From Vicinamibacteria bacterium (GTDB taxonomy: Bacteria > Acidobacteriota > Vicinamibacteria > Vicinamibacterales > JAENWD01): DNA of 64,000 nucleotides. The first letter of the stretch is position 1. Every line of letters begins with the position of its first letter. Where the stretch lies: positions 198,126 through 262,125 of the forward strand of contig CAWCNI010000002.1 of assembly GCA_963796915.1 (NCBI GenBank). Direction: 5' to 3'. Both the position numbers and the translations under genes were made by a program. Of this stretch, positions 29,001 through 38,312 are shown piece by piece. The notes under the pieces are model-generated. The model was not told where the DNA came from. It saw only the letters and a list, made by a program, of their open reading frames with translations, and searched no databases.

Positions 29001-29264
29001 CAGCCCGATCAGTACACATTCGGTGACGCTGGCATCGGCACTGTGACCGGACCGTCGATCAAGACCGTCGATCTTTCGCTTGTCAGGACCATGCGACTCA
29101 CGGACCGCGTGCGGCTCCAGTTCCGCTGCGAGGCGTTCAACGCGTTCAACCATCTCGTGATGGGCGACCCGGACACGACCTTCGGCACGCCGCAGTTCGG
29201 GCAGGTCACCAGCACGCGTCTGGACAACCGCGAGCTTCAGTTCGCCCTGCGGCTCGAGTTCTAG
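26004..29264 (+). CDS. TonB-dependent outer-membrane receptor (CarboxypepD_reg N-terminal domain)
   Basis: 1086-aa ORF with a signal peptide (LLGLPAVPAFAQE). GVVGTVRDQTGAVIAGVDVTVTNVETNESRRATTDADGHYTIPNV. C-terminal ...LQFALRLEF. Confidence 0.9.
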   Translation: MVALWRRLARPHAIAMLVLLGLPAVPAFAQESGVVGTVRDQTGAVIAGVDVTVTNVETNESRRATTDADGHYTIPNVRAAVYKLVAEKQGFQSYALDRLTLEVQLVRTLDVVLTVGAVTDQVNVVSTAAVLQTTQSSVGTLFETKVVNELPLNGRNFLQLQLLAPGVTMGRPGTFSVVQIAAQNTSIGGGNFSVNGTRDVYNDYLLDGVSFKDWIHGTNGMNPSVDAIQEFRTQTSNYSAEFGGNAGGLVNMVTRSGSNQLHGSAYEFVRNDAFDANNFFSNSAGLDKPPLRRNQFGGTVGGPVIKNKTFFFTSYEGFRERRDQTLIDTFPTQKMHHGDFSELLTLPSPVVIHDPGTGAAYPGNIIPQDQVLAVMPGYLDTYTPLPNRPGLVNNNAVQGSRRNSTDQYMVRGDHSFSNSTQFFARYAHNTIEDAPPTSNPNFFATQNNRNENLSATLTHTLSPTTILEARFGMNRFKQIVEQNRAFTTPNIAADVLQISGVATDPAASNAPAFSVPGYDGLSGAPSSPRSWFSNRFEGQVNLSLVRGSHLLRAGVNVTYHRETFPEIIIPNGLYVFDGTFTGNSMADMLLGIPTQFLLSPELFDPQFRETDFLPWIQDDWRVSSKLTLNLGLRYERRPWPVSANNTLANIVLPPGGGDASVVLAGPCEPDPVRRCETTLPTSTAANRSTLGSTDNNNFAPRVGFAYKWDEKTVVRGSYGVFYQPEPFNQFVFLSINPPFVSFYNKFVNTANYQSWDWYHPTAGLPAGGIQFTYIPEDSVTPYLQAWSLGVERDLAGNVVTVTYVGNKDSHLWARTWPNQPTPGPGDIDARRPYTNVSTIAGNEPIGSGSYNGLQVQVQRRYSHGLAFISAYTWSKAITDSQAAETGSFVPDLQDSHNRAANRGLAASDTRNRFTLSALYELPFGRGKAIGNDSGAIVSAIISGWQLGGILTLQSGQPLTVTLPTDTPNVGEGAKLPNRVGDPNTGAKTVGQFFNTAAFAQPDQYTFGDAGIGTVTGPSIKTVDLSLVRTMRLTDRVRLQFRCEAFNAFNHLVMGDPDTTFGTPQFGQVTSTRLDNRELQFALRLEF

Positions 29265-29268
29265 CGCA

Positions 29269-31344
29269 ATGGAGCTGATGGGTCCCGCTCCAGCGGCGAG
29301 GGCGGCGCGCCGACCGGTGGGGTTCCCGGTGCGCGCCGCCCTGCCGGTCGTGCTGTGGGCGGCAATCGTCTCCGCCGGAGCAGCGACGGCGCGGGCGCAG
29401 TCCGTGTCGCTCGCGCAGGCGACCGTCGTCGTCGACGCAGCGGAGCCTTCTTTCGTGCAGTACGGCGCGCGCGATCTTGCGTCGTACCTGACAGCCGTCA
29501 CCGGTCATGCCATCCAGGTGCGCGGCGTCAAGCCGGCGCCACGGGCCCGGGAGACGGCCGTGGTCATCGGCAGTCGCGCCGCCGCGGCTCTCGGGATCGA
29601 GCTGACGTCTGCCGGCGATCTCGGCGCCGAAGGCTTCGTCTTGAGGACGACGACGACGCGGGCGGGCGCGACGGCGGTCGTCGTCGCAGGACAGACGCCT
29701 CACGGCACGAATGCCGGCATCGCGACGCTGATTCCGCTGATCAAGGCAACCAGGGACGCTGTATCACTCGACAGGTCGCTCGACCGCCGGGATATCCCAG
29801 CGATCCCTGTGCGCGGCATTCATCTCAACGGCTGGCCGCTGAACTACCCGTACGCATTCCGGGCCTGGAAGGAGGAGGACTGGAAGCGCTTCATCGACAT
29901 GGCCTGGGCGCAACGCGTGAACCTGTTCTATCTGTGGCCCTTCATGGAGATCATCCCGGTCCCGCTGTCGGCCGAGGACGAGGCCTATCTGCAGGAGGTG
30001 CGTCGCGTCGTCGACTACGCGCAGAACCAGCGGGGAATGGAAGTCTGGATCATGCAGTCCGTGAACCGCATCGCCGTGTCGGACTGCGGCGTGAAGGATC
30101 CGCGGCTGCGAACCTACTGGGTGATGGGGACGTGCCAGCAGGACCTGAACCCCGGCGATCCCGATCAGGTCGCCAAGATCCTCGGCCGGTTCGAGGTCTT
30201 CTACAAGACCGTCAACAACGCGGACGGATTCTGTTTCATCGATTCAGATCCGGGCGGGTGGCCTGGAAGTCCTCTGAGCGATCAGGTCCGCGTCTTCCAT
30301 GGCGCGCGCAAGCTCCTCGACGAACACAACATCCACGGCACGGGCACGAAGCTGATCGACTGGATGTGGCTCGGATGGGGCCGGCACCCCACCGGCGCAG
30401 AGAGTGGGAAGTCGGCAGTCGCATTCATGGAAGACACGATTCGGAACTTCGGCGCGAATCTGGCAGAGCCGTGGGAGCTCATCTCGGGGATGTCGCCCTA
30501 TCTCGACTCGGCCAAGGCGGCGTCGAGTCTCGGGAAGACGATTTATCTGCAGTACGGCGCGATTGAGATGGAGCCGGCGTTTCCATCAACCAATATGGGC
30601 CTCGATCCGGTCCTGAAGGTGTTTGAGACCGTCGAGCGCTATCCGGGTCTGAAGGGCGTCATGGGCAACAACGAACTGGCGCTGCTGCAGCTGCCCCGTA
30701 CTTTCTACTTCTTCGAGACGGCATGGAATACGGCGTCGAAGTCCCGGTCCGAGTCCGACGTTCTCGAGGCACTCGCCGCGCGCCTCTATCCCGACCACGC
30801 GGCGCTCGTCGCCGATGCCTACCGCCAGCTGCGTGAAAACGACCCGGCGCGCATCCGGGACACGCTCACCGCGCTGGACGCACTCATCGCCGGCGGCGAC
30901 GCCGTGCGCGCCGGCGCCATCGGCCGGTTCCTGTTCCCCGACCGCCTGGTGATTCTCCGGACGCTGCGCGCCCAGCTCGAGATTCGTGCGGCACGACAGT
31001 CGTTGATTCAGGCACTCAGGGGAACGCCTACGGTCGCCGAGAGCGGCCGGCTCCTTGAACAGTATTTCGACCGGCTCCTGGCCTGGAACCAGGAGACGGG
31101 GTGGGACGAGATGATCGACATCGCCATCTGGCGGGCACCCATCTATGAGGGCGGCCCGGACCTCGCCGAGGCCACGGCACGGCTGCAGCGCGTTATCGCC
31201 GCAGGGAAGCCCTATGCAAGCTATGCCCAGTTCGACGACTTCTTCGCGCCAATCGCCACGAGTCTGCTGAAGAAGTACGGCAGAGACTCGGTGATGATCG
31301 GCTGCGTCGATCCGTTCAAGCACGTGACGATTCAGGGCTGGTGA
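29269..31344 (+). CDS. exported ~690-aa protein, putative glycoside hydrolase (TIM-barrel-like), paralog 1
   Basis: Signal peptide. Conserved core RGIHLNGWPLNYPYAFRAWKEEDWKRFIDMAWAQRVNLFYLWPF...IDSDPGGWPGSP. Close paralog at 45886..47946. The function is a guess from context and overall resemblance to DUF4838/GH20-like proteins. Confidence 0.8.
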   Translation: MELMGPAPAARAARRPVGFPVRAALPVVLWAAIVSAGAATARAQSVSLAQATVVVDAAEPSFVQYGARDLASYLTAVTGHAIQVRGVKPAPRARETAVVIGSRAAAALGIELTSAGDLGAEGFVLRTTTTRAGATAVVVAGQTPHGTNAGIATLIPLIKATRDAVSLDRSLDRRDIPAIPVRGIHLNGWPLNYPYAFRAWKEEDWKRFIDMAWAQRVNLFYLWPFMEIIPVPLSAEDEAYLQEVRRVVDYAQNQRGMEVWIMQSVNRIAVSDCGVKDPRLRTYWVMGTCQQDLNPGDPDQVAKILGRFEVFYKTVNNADGFCFIDSDPGGWPGSPLSDQVRVFHGARKLLDEHNIHGTGTKLIDWMWLGWGRHPTGAESGKSAVAFMEDTIRNFGANLAEPWELISGMSPYLDSAKAASSLGKTIYLQYGAIEMEPAFPSTNMGLDPVLKVFETVERYPGLKGVMGNNELALLQLPRTFYFFETAWNTASKSRSESDVLEALAARLYPDHAALVADAYRQLRENDPARIRDTLTALDALIAGGDAVRAGAIGRFLFPDRLVILRTLRAQLEIRAARQSLIQALRGTPTVAESGRLLEQYFDRLLAWNQETGWDEMIDIAIWRAPIYEGGPDLAEATARLQRVIAAGKPYASYAQFDDFFAPIATSLLKKYGRDSVMIGCVDPFKHVTIQGW

Positions 31345-31347
31345 GCG

Positions 31348-32550
31348 ATGAAGATCACTCGCATCGACTGTCATGTGCTGCTGGAGCCCGGTTACGACGT
31401 CGGCGCCACCAGCTCGGCGCAGGACGACATCGTCGTCGAGATTCACACCGACGAGGGGATTACCGGCATCGGGGAAAGTGACGTCAACCCGTGGATCGCG
31501 CGCGCCTGCATCACGGCGCCAGGCACGCACACGATGGGGATGGGCCTGGCTCAGATGCTCCTCGGCGAAGACCCGTTGAAGCCTGAAGCGCTCTGGGACA
31601 AGCTATACGTCGGTTCGGCGATGAACGGGCGGCGCGGCGCCGTCATCCACGCCATGGGCGCGATCGACATGGCCCTCCACGACCTGCGCGGTAAGGCCCT
31701 CGGCAAGCCGTGCCACGCGCTGCTCGGCGGCGCCGTGCGCGACACCGTCGTGCCGTACGCATCGCTGCAACCGGAGGTGAGCTCGTTTGCGGTCTACCGG
31801 CGTTCGCTCGTCGACTGGGCGCTGCGCGCCAAGGCCATTGGCTTCCGTGCGGCCAAGATAGAGGTCACGCCGTGCGGTCCGTACGCGCACAAAGGCCTCA
31901 AGGCGACCCACGAGGAGATGACCGAGGTCATCGGCGAGGTGCGGTCGGCGGTTGGCGCAGAGTTCACGTTGATGGTCGACGTCCAATATGCGTTTCCTGA
32001 TGCGGACACATGCCTGAAGGCCATCCGCCCGTGGGTGGACTTCAACCTTTTCTTCATCGAGACGCCTCTGCCTTCGGACGATCTGGCGGGCTATGCCCGG
32101 CTAACGGCCGAGCAGCCGATTCCTATCGCGGCCGGCGAGTGGCTGGCCACGCGGTTCGAGTTCATGGACCTCATGGACCGTGGAAAGGTCAATGTCGTCC
32201 AGCCCGATGTGGGTCGGGTGGGCGGCTTCACGGAGGCGAAGCGCGTGTGCGATCTCGCGGAGCAGCGCAATCTGACGATCGTCCCGCACCTATGGAAGAC
32301 CGGGATCTCGATCGCCGCCGCAGCGCATCTGGCGGCGACCACGCCGAATTGCGCGTTCATCGAGTTCCTTCCCGACGAGCTTTGCGAGTCGTCGCTGCGG
32401 CGCGAGTTGGTGTCCAACGAGTTGCAGATGGTGAACGGCGAGATACCCATTCCCAGGCGTCCAGGGCTCGGCGTCGACCTCAACCGCGACGCGCTCGAAG
32501 CCTTCCGCCGCGAGGCCGACGCGGTGTCGGCCTCACTGTCCCTGTCGTAG
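31348..32550 (+). CDS. enolase-superfamily enzyme (mandelate racemase/muconate lactonizing family; probable sugar-acid dehydratase)
   Basis: 400-aa ORF. Capping domain plus barrel with metal-ligand contexts LMVDVQ, FFIETP and AAGEW. HLWKTG near the end. Confidence 0.85.
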   Translation: MKITRIDCHVLLEPGYDVGATSSAQDDIVVEIHTDEGITGIGESDVNPWIARACITAPGTHTMGMGLAQMLLGEDPLKPEALWDKLYVGSAMNGRRGAVIHAMGAIDMALHDLRGKALGKPCHALLGGAVRDTVVPYASLQPEVSSFAVYRRSLVDWALRAKAIGFRAAKIEVTPCGPYAHKGLKATHEEMTEVIGEVRSAVGAEFTLMVDVQYAFPDADTCLKAIRPWVDFNLFFIETPLPSDDLAGYARLTAEQPIPIAAGEWLATRFEFMDLMDRGKVNVVQPDVGRVGGFTEAKRVCDLAEQRNLTIVPHLWKTGISIAAAAHLAATTPNCAFIEFLPDELCESSLRRELVSNELQMVNGEIPIPRRPGLGVDLNRDALEAFRREADAVSASLSLS

Positions 32551-32557
32551 GCGCCTG

Positions 32558-33319
32558 ATGCCTGCACCACGGGTCGCGGCTGTCACAGGCGGAGCCGCCG
32601 GGATCGGACGCGGCATCGTGGAGGAATTCGTCCGCAACGGCTACGCTGCCGTGATCGCCGATCGGGATGCCGAGCGCGGCGCCGCGTTGCAGTCGTTGCT
32701 GCGGGAGCAAGGCGCCAGGGCGTCCTTCGTCCAGACCGACGTTCGGCGCGAGGCTGATATTCAGGCGCTGATGGCGCACGTCGCGGAGACGTACGGGCGT
32801 CTGGACGTGCTGTGCAACAACGCCGGCGTCGAGTGGTACCGCCGCGCCGACCAATACACGATCGAGGAGTGGACCGCGATCATCGACACCAACCTGCGCG
32901 GCGCATTTCTCTGCACGAAGTACGCCTATCCGCTGCTGCGGCAGCAGCGCGGAGCGGTCGTCAACATCGCCTCGGTGCAGGGGTTTGCGAACGAGCCGCA
33001 TATCGCGGCGTACGCCGCCAGCAAGGCCGGGATCCTCGCGCTTACCCGCGGCATGGCGCTGGACTTCTCCGGCGATGGCGTGCGGGTCAATGCCGTGTGC
33101 CCGGGGGCCATCGAGACCGCCATGCTGGAGAAATCTCTCGGGCCGTCCGATCGTACTGAGGCCATCGAGGCCATCGGCCGAGTGATCCCGCTTGGACGAG
33201 TGGGGCAGCCTCGCGATATCGCGCGCGCGGTGTATTTCCTGGCCTCAGACGACGCCTCGTACATCACCGGTGCGGCCCTGGTCGTTGATGGCGGCCTGTT
33301 GACGAAGCTTCCGACATAG
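32558..33319 (+). CDS. SDR-family oxidoreductase
   Basis: VTGGAAGIGRG, NNAG and YAASKAG motifs. Confidence 0.9.
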   Translation: MPAPRVAAVTGGAAGIGRGIVEEFVRNGYAAVIADRDAERGAALQSLLREQGARASFVQTDVRREADIQALMAHVAETYGRLDVLCNNAGVEWYRRADQYTIEEWTAIIDTNLRGAFLCTKYAYPLLRQQRGAVVNIASVQGFANEPHIAAYAASKAGILALTRGMALDFSGDGVRVNAVCPGAIETAMLEKSLGPSDRTEAIEAIGRVIPLGRVGQPRDIARAVYFLASDDASYITGAALVVDGGLLTKLPT

Positions 33320-33344
33320 ACGCGACACGCTGAGGCTCTGAGCC

Positions 33345-34817
33345 ATGCATCGAGCGGAAGGGCCGGCGTTGACCGGCGGCGCAGCAGAGATCACGATCAC
33401 GCCGCCTGTCGGCACGCCGACGGTCGGCACCATTCAGCGCAGCAGCGGCGTGAACGACGACCTCAAGGCCCGTGCGCTCGTGCTCGGCGACGGGCGGCAG
33501 CGCGTGGCCATCCTGTCGCTCGATCTCATCGGAATGGATTTCACGCTGGCCGACGCCGTTCGCGACGCGATTCGCGCGCAGACCGGCATCGGGACAGCGT
33601 TGGTCCACTGCACCCACAATCACTCCGCGCCATTCACCATCCCGTGGAGCGTCGTCGGCACCCGGTGGCCAGCCGGCGCGCAGCGCGCGTGGCGCGACGG
33701 CCTGCCGTCGACGCTGGCGTCGCTGGTGGCCAGCGCGGCCATGCAGGCCGAGCCGGTGTCCCTCCGTGCCGGGCGGGCACCGGTGCGCGTGGGCAGCAAC
33801 CGCAGACTGCCGTCGGATCAGGGCGTGGTCATGAAGCCCAATCCGAATGGGCCTGTGGTGCCCTGGACGGACATATTGATCGTGAATCGGACGGACGGGC
33901 GCCCGCTGGCGCTGTTGTTCAGCCATGCGGCGCACCCGGTGATCATCCATGGCGCGAGTCGGCTGCTCAGCGCCGAGTTCCCCGGATTTGCGGCGCGGCG
34001 CCTCCGCGAGCGGCTGGGCAGCGACGTGATTGCCATGTTCGGCCAGGCGTTCGGCGCCGACATCAACGCCGATCCGCTTCGCGGCGGCATTGCCGCGGCT
34101 GCGCACGCCGGCGACGTCCTCGCCGATGCCGTGCTTGCGGCGATCGACGGCAGCAGGGAAGTCGCGCCTCAGGGGTTTGCCCTGACCGCAGTGCGCGCCG
34201 ACCTGCCCCTGCAGCCCCTGCCGTCCAGGGACGCCTGCACGGCGGCGCTGCACCACGCGGAACGCAGGCTGCTGGCGGCGCACGGCCGCGCGCAGTTCCC
34301 CGACGAGGAGTTGTGGGACCTGCAGGACGCTGTCGGGGCTCCGGTCAGCAGCGCCGCATCGAGTGCAGCCGACGACGTGCAGCCGATGGAAGGGAAGCCG
34401 TGGTGGATGGTGGACACCATCTCGTGCCTTCGCGATCTGCTGGCGAAAGTAGAGGCGGGCGACGAGCAGCCGCTGCGGTTCGAGGCGCAGATGCTGCGGA
34501 TCGGAGACGACTGGTCCCTGACAGCCGCGACGCACGAGCTGTTCGCGGAGTACCAGCTTCGGCTGGATCGCGAAATGCCGACGCGCGACAGGATGCTGCT
34601 CGCCTACACGAACGGGTGCGAGAGCTACATCCCGATGGATGGCGATCTGCCGCGTGGCGGATATGAAGCCGGGACATTCCCCGATCTGGGCAGCGCCGCG
34701 CTCAGATACAAGCATCGACGCGCTCTTGCCCCTGGCCTGGAACCTCGCGTGTTCGAGCTGGTGCGATCGCTCTGGCAGGCGCCCACCGCGCCGGGCCGAC
34801 GCGCAGCCGGCCTCTGA
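33345..34817 (+). CDS. neutral/alkaline ceramidase N-terminal-domain-like protein
   Basis: N-terminus ITITPPVGTPTVG...GVNDDLKARALVLGD...VAILSLDLIG...VHCTHNHSAPF matches the Ceramidase_alk N-terminal pattern. The real substrate is unknown. Confidence 0.7.
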   Translation: MHRAEGPALTGGAAEITITPPVGTPTVGTIQRSSGVNDDLKARALVLGDGRQRVAILSLDLIGMDFTLADAVRDAIRAQTGIGTALVHCTHNHSAPFTIPWSVVGTRWPAGAQRAWRDGLPSTLASLVASAAMQAEPVSLRAGRAPVRVGSNRRLPSDQGVVMKPNPNGPVVPWTDILIVNRTDGRPLALLFSHAAHPVIIHGASRLLSAEFPGFAARRLRERLGSDVIAMFGQAFGADINADPLRGGIAAAAHAGDVLADAVLAAIDGSREVAPQGFALTAVRADLPLQPLPSRDACTAALHHAERRLLAAHGRAQFPDEELWDLQDAVGAPVSSAASSAADDVQPMEGKPWWMVDTISCLRDLLAKVEAGDEQPLRFEAQMLRIGDDWSLTAATHELFAEYQLRLDREMPTRDRMLLAYTNGCESYIPMDGDLPRGGYEAGTFPDLGSAALRYKHRRALAPGLEPRVFELVRSLWQAPTAPGRRAAGL

Positions 34818-34827
34818 GGAGACGACG

Positions 34828-35718
34828 TTGCTGATCGGATACCTCTTCGCCATCCTCGCAATGCTCAGCATCGGTGTGCTTGGCGTGCTCAGCAAGCTGG
34901 GCGATCGCTATGGTTGCACGCCGCTCAATACGGCCCTCGTGCTGTTCGGCGGCTCGGCGGTCATCATGGCGCTCTACGTCGCGCTGGTCCAACAGGCCAG
35001 TCTCGTTCCGCCTTCGGCCGTCGGCAGCACGGCCATCATCTTCGGCGCCCTGGCCATCCTCGCATTCTGGGTCTTCCTCTACGGGCTGCAGTTCGGCAAG
35101 CTCACGAGCAGCTGGATCTTCATGAACCTGTCGGCCATCGTGCCGGCGGCGCTGTCGGTGGCGGTGTACGGGGAGAGCGTCTCGCCAATCAAAGGCGTCG
35201 TGCTGGTGCTCGTCGTCGCGTCGATTGTGCTGCTGTGGAAGGACAAGCAGCAGGCCGCCGGAGACGAGCCGAATTCACGCGCCTCCGCCAACCCGCGCAT
35301 CTGGATCACCGCGATGCTCGCGGCGTTCTTCCTGAACGGCGTGTGTCCGTTCGGCCTGCGCATCCTGCAGGGGTGGGGCCTGGCACAGGAGTTCACGGCC
35401 GTCTATCTCGTCTACTGGTATCTGGCCGGCTTCGCGTTCGGGTTGATCGGCCTGTTCTTCGCGCGCCAGCGGCTGACCCGCGCCAACCTGCTGATCGGGC
35501 TCGTGATGGCAGTGGCCAGCGTCGGCGGCCAGTTCTTCATGGGCTCGGCGCTGTCACACGGCGCTCCTGGCAACGTCGTCTACATGCTCGCCATGGGGGC
35601 AAGTCTCTGTGTCGTGGTGCTCGGAGGGGTGCTGTTCTTCCACGAACGGATCGGACCCTACGCGCGGTGGGGCATTGCCACGGGCCTGGTGTCGGCGGTC
35701 CTGCTCGGTATTGGCTGA
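34828..35718 (+). CDS. 10-TM DMT-superfamily (EamA/RhaT-like) transporter, putative sugar or sugar-acid carrier
   Basis: In-frame TTG 34828 with GAGGAG upstream, inside ORF 34639..35718. Entirely hydrophobic with two homologous halves. The start codon is uncertain. Confidence 0.7.
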   Translation: MLIGYLFAILAMLSIGVLGVLSKLGDRYGCTPLNTALVLFGGSAVIMALYVALVQQASLVPPSAVGSTAIIFGALAILAFWVFLYGLQFGKLTSSWIFMNLSAIVPAALSVAVYGESVSPIKGVVLVLVVASIVLLWKDKQQAAGDEPNSRASANPRIWITAMLAAFFLNGVCPFGLRILQGWGLAQEFTAVYLVYWYLAGFAFGLIGLFFARQRLTRANLLIGLVMAVASVGGQFFMGSALSHGAPGNVVYMLAMGASLCVVVLGGVLFFHERIGPYARWGIATGLVSAVLLGIG

Positions 35719-35728
35719 TCGCGCGCCG

Positions 35729-36427
35729 TCAGGCCCGGCGGCCGGGCGCGGCGGCGTGTTCGTCGGTGTAGAGATGAATGGCCTGCTCCGCCCAGTCGCT
35801 CATCGCGGTCGAGAAGGCACGGCGGGCCCGTTCAGGCTCGCCCGCCTTGATCGCATCGAGTACAGCGCGATGGAGCAGCGCGTCGTGGACGAGATCGAAC
35901 CCGGGCTGCATGGCGACGCGGATCGCGCTGAACCCAAACAACGGCACCACGATGCGGCGCAGGCACTCCACCAGGCAATCGTTATGCGTCGATTCCCACA
36001 CGCAGATGTGCCAGCTCAGATCTCCGCGGATGTACTTCTGAAACTCGCGCGCGTGCGCGGCAGCCGACGAGTGCTCGTAGAGCGCTTCGAGCCGCACGAT
36101 GTCTGCCGGCGTCGCGTGCCGCGCTGCCTCTTCGACGGCGAAAGCCTCGAGCGCGCGTCGCACCGCGATGGTGTTTTCGAGATCGCGCTGGCTGAAGTCT
36201 GTGACGTGCGTCGCGGAGTTCGGCTTCTTGGTGACGTGCCCCTCGAGCTCCAGCTGAATCAACGCCTCGCGGATGGCCGATTGGCTGACGCCCAGTGTGT
36301 CGGCAAGCTTCCGTTCGACGAGCCGCTCGCCGGGCTGGAGCGATCCGTCCAGAATCGATTCCCTGATGCGCTCGGCCACGAGATGGCGGGCGGGCTGATT
36401 GTTCAGTTTTTCAGCGGAAATGGGCAT
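35729..36427 (-). CDS. GntR-family transcriptional regulator (FadR/FCD C-terminal type)
   Basis: 232-aa ORF. N-terminal wHTH (LVERKLADTLGVSQSAIREALIQLELEGHV) and a helical C-terminal ligand domain. Confidence 0.9.
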   Translation of the reverse strand: MPISAEKLNNQPARHLVAERIRESILDGSLQPGERLVERKLADTLGVSQSAIREALIQLELEGHVTKKPNSATHVTDFSQRDLENTIAVRRALEAFAVEEAARHATPADIVRLEALYEHSSAAAHAREFQKYIRGDLSWHICVWESTHNDCLVECLRRIVVPLFGFSAIRVAMQPGFDLVHDALLHRAVLDAIKAGEPERARRAFSTAMSDWAEQAIHLYTDEHAAAPGRRA

Positions 36428-36460
36428 AAGAAGGCTGAAGTCCAGTATAGCCGAATAGTT

Positions 36461-36477
36461 GATTATCGTTCATCGAT
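36461..36477. promoter_or_regulatory. AT-rich box GATTATCGTTCATCGAT in the gntR/eamA divergent region
   Basis: Identical to 25972-88. With flanks it forms ATTATCG-N5-CGATAAC. It ends 3 nt before ATG 36481 and lies 34 nt upstream of the gntR start (36427). Confidence 0.55.
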
Positions 36478-36480
36478 AAC

Positions 36481-37416
36481 ATGAGATCTAATCGCCGCCT
36501 GCTTGATTTCGGGGCTCTGGTACTCGTCAACCTTCTCTGGGCCGTGCAATACCCCGCGTATGAGATTGCGGCCGAACGAATGGAACCGGCTGCCCTGAAT
36601 TTCTGGACTCTGGCGCTGGCTACGGCGATTCTCGTGCCGTTCTGGTGGCGCGGCCGCGCCGCCGCCAGACCGAGTGTCAGGACGAGTTCGGTTGCCATTG
36701 GCGAGTATCTGCTGATGGGACTGCTCGGCATCATCCCCCCGTCAGTGCTCCTCTCGTGGGGGATCGCGCACTCCTCAGCCGCAAACGCCGCCATCCTCTC
36801 GCTGACCATCCCGTTGCTGATGACGCTGCTCGCCGTTCCGATGCTGGGCGAGCGGCTCACGCCAACCCGCGTCGCCTGCCTGGCGCTGGGCCTCGCGGGT
36901 ACGCTGCTGATCTCGACTCGCGACCTGGCGCAGCTGTCGTTCAGCCGCACGCTGCTCCTCGGCAACGTCGTCCTCCTGTTGGCCGGGCTGGGCAGCGCTT
37001 TCTACAACACCTACAGCAAGAAGCTGCTCGCGCGGTATTCGGAGGTGGAGGTGTTGCTGTACAGCTACATCGTCGCGGCGGTGGCTTGCGCGGTCATTTC
37101 CATCCTGGCGGAGGAACGGCCGTTCTTTCGCGTGCGTGGTTACGGGGCCTCCACATGGCTGGCGGTGTTGTCACTCGGACTGCTTCCGTGGGGCCTGGCG
37201 ATGCTGCTCTGGATGTGGGTGTTGAAACGTCTCGACGTCGGCCAGGTCTCGGCGTCGATCTATCTGCTGCCGCTCTTCGGGCTCGGGCTGTCCGTGGCGA
37301 TGCTGCACGAGCACATCACCGCCGCGCAACTAATCGGGGGCGCGCTGACAGTCGTCGGGACGGCGGTGCTGACCCTGCACGAAGGCCGTCAAACGGCCAG
37401 CGGAGCCCGATCGTGA
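36481..37416 (+). CDS. EamA-family (DMT) transporter
   Basis: 311-aa hydrophobic ORF with duplicated EamA-like halves. Confidence 0.85.
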   Translation: MRSNRRLLDFGALVLVNLLWAVQYPAYEIAAERMEPAALNFWTLALATAILVPFWWRGRAAARPSVRTSSVAIGEYLLMGLLGIIPPSVLLSWGIAHSSAANAAILSLTIPLLMTLLAVPMLGERLTPTRVACLALGLAGTLLISTRDLAQLSFSRTLLLGNVVLLLAGLGSAFYNTYSKKLLARYSEVEVLLYSYIVAAVACAVISILAEERPFFRVRGYGASTWLAVLSLGLLPWGLAMLLWMWVLKRLDVGQVSASIYLLPLFGLGLSVAMLHEHITAAQLIGGALTVVGTAVLTLHEGRQTASGARS

Positions 37417-38312
37417 GCGGGTGCGCGATTCTGATCGACGACGGCAATGTCTGCGGCGAGTCGCCGATCTGGGACGCCAGGCGCCAGCAGGTGTTCTGGA
37501 CCGATTGCGCCGGCAGCATCTTCAGCTACGACTGGCGCACGCGCACGCGCTCGGTTGTCCTGCGCGATCACGTGGTCACCGGCCTCGCCCTGCGCGAGTC
37601 CGGCGGCTTCACGTTCATCAACGCCGCCGGCGTCTGGGAGTGGGACGGCACCGCCCGACCGGTGCTGATCGCGAGCACGTGTGGCGCCGACAGGCTTCAG
37701 TTGAACGACTGCGTGGCCGACCCGCAGGGCCGGCTGATCACCGGGTCGTGCTTCTACGATCCGTCGGGTGCTTACGACCTCGGCAAGCTCTTCTCCATCG
37801 ACACGGACGGCACCGTCGAGGTGCTCGATGAAGGGTTCCATCTTGCCAATGGCCTGGGATTCTCGCCTGATGGCGCCGCGCTCTATGTCGCCGATTCGGT
37901 CGCCCGGACTATCTATGCTTATGACTATGACGCTGTCACGGGCCGGGCCCGCCACCGCACGACGCTCGTGCAGCTTGGCCGCGACTCGGGCCTTCCCGAC
38001 GGCCTGACCGTGGACGCCGCCGGCGGCATCTGGTGCGCCGAGTGGTACGGCGGCTGTGTCTGTCGTTATGATCCTGATGGACGGCTCGAGCGCCGATTCC
38101 ACGTTCCGGCAAAGCAGACGTCGTCGCTCACATTCGGCGGACCGCAGCTGCGCGATCTGTTCATCACATCCGCAGCCCGATCGGAGCCGATGCCTGTCAT
38201 GCCTCCAGGCTACGATCCGGTCAACGGCTACTTCGGGGGAGCTCTGTTCCACCTGAACTGCGGGATAGAGGGGCGCCCGGAACACAGGACGCGTCTGGAC
38301 GCACGTCGATGA
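37413..38312 (+). CDS. SMP-30/gluconolactonase/LRE-family lactonase
   Basis: C-terminal part of ORF 36645..38312 starting at GTG 37413, which overlaps the EamA TGA. GESPIWD...NDCVADPQGRL...ANGLGFSPDG..LYVADS...PDGLTVDAAGGIW. Confidence 0.85.
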   Translation: MSGCAILIDDGNVCGESPIWDARRQQVFWTDCAGSIFSYDWRTRTRSVVLRDHVVTGLALRESGGFTFINAAGVWEWDGTARPVLIASTCGADRLQLNDCVADPQGRLITGSCFYDPSGAYDLGKLFSIDTDGTVEVLDEGFHLANGLGFSPDGAALYVADSVARTIYAYDYDAVTGRARHRTTLVQLGRDSGLPDGLTVDAAGGIWCAEWYGGCVCRYDPDGRLERRFHVPAKQTSSLTFGGPQLRDLFITSAARSEPMPVMPPGYDPVNGYFGGALFHLNCGIEGRPEHRTRLDARR

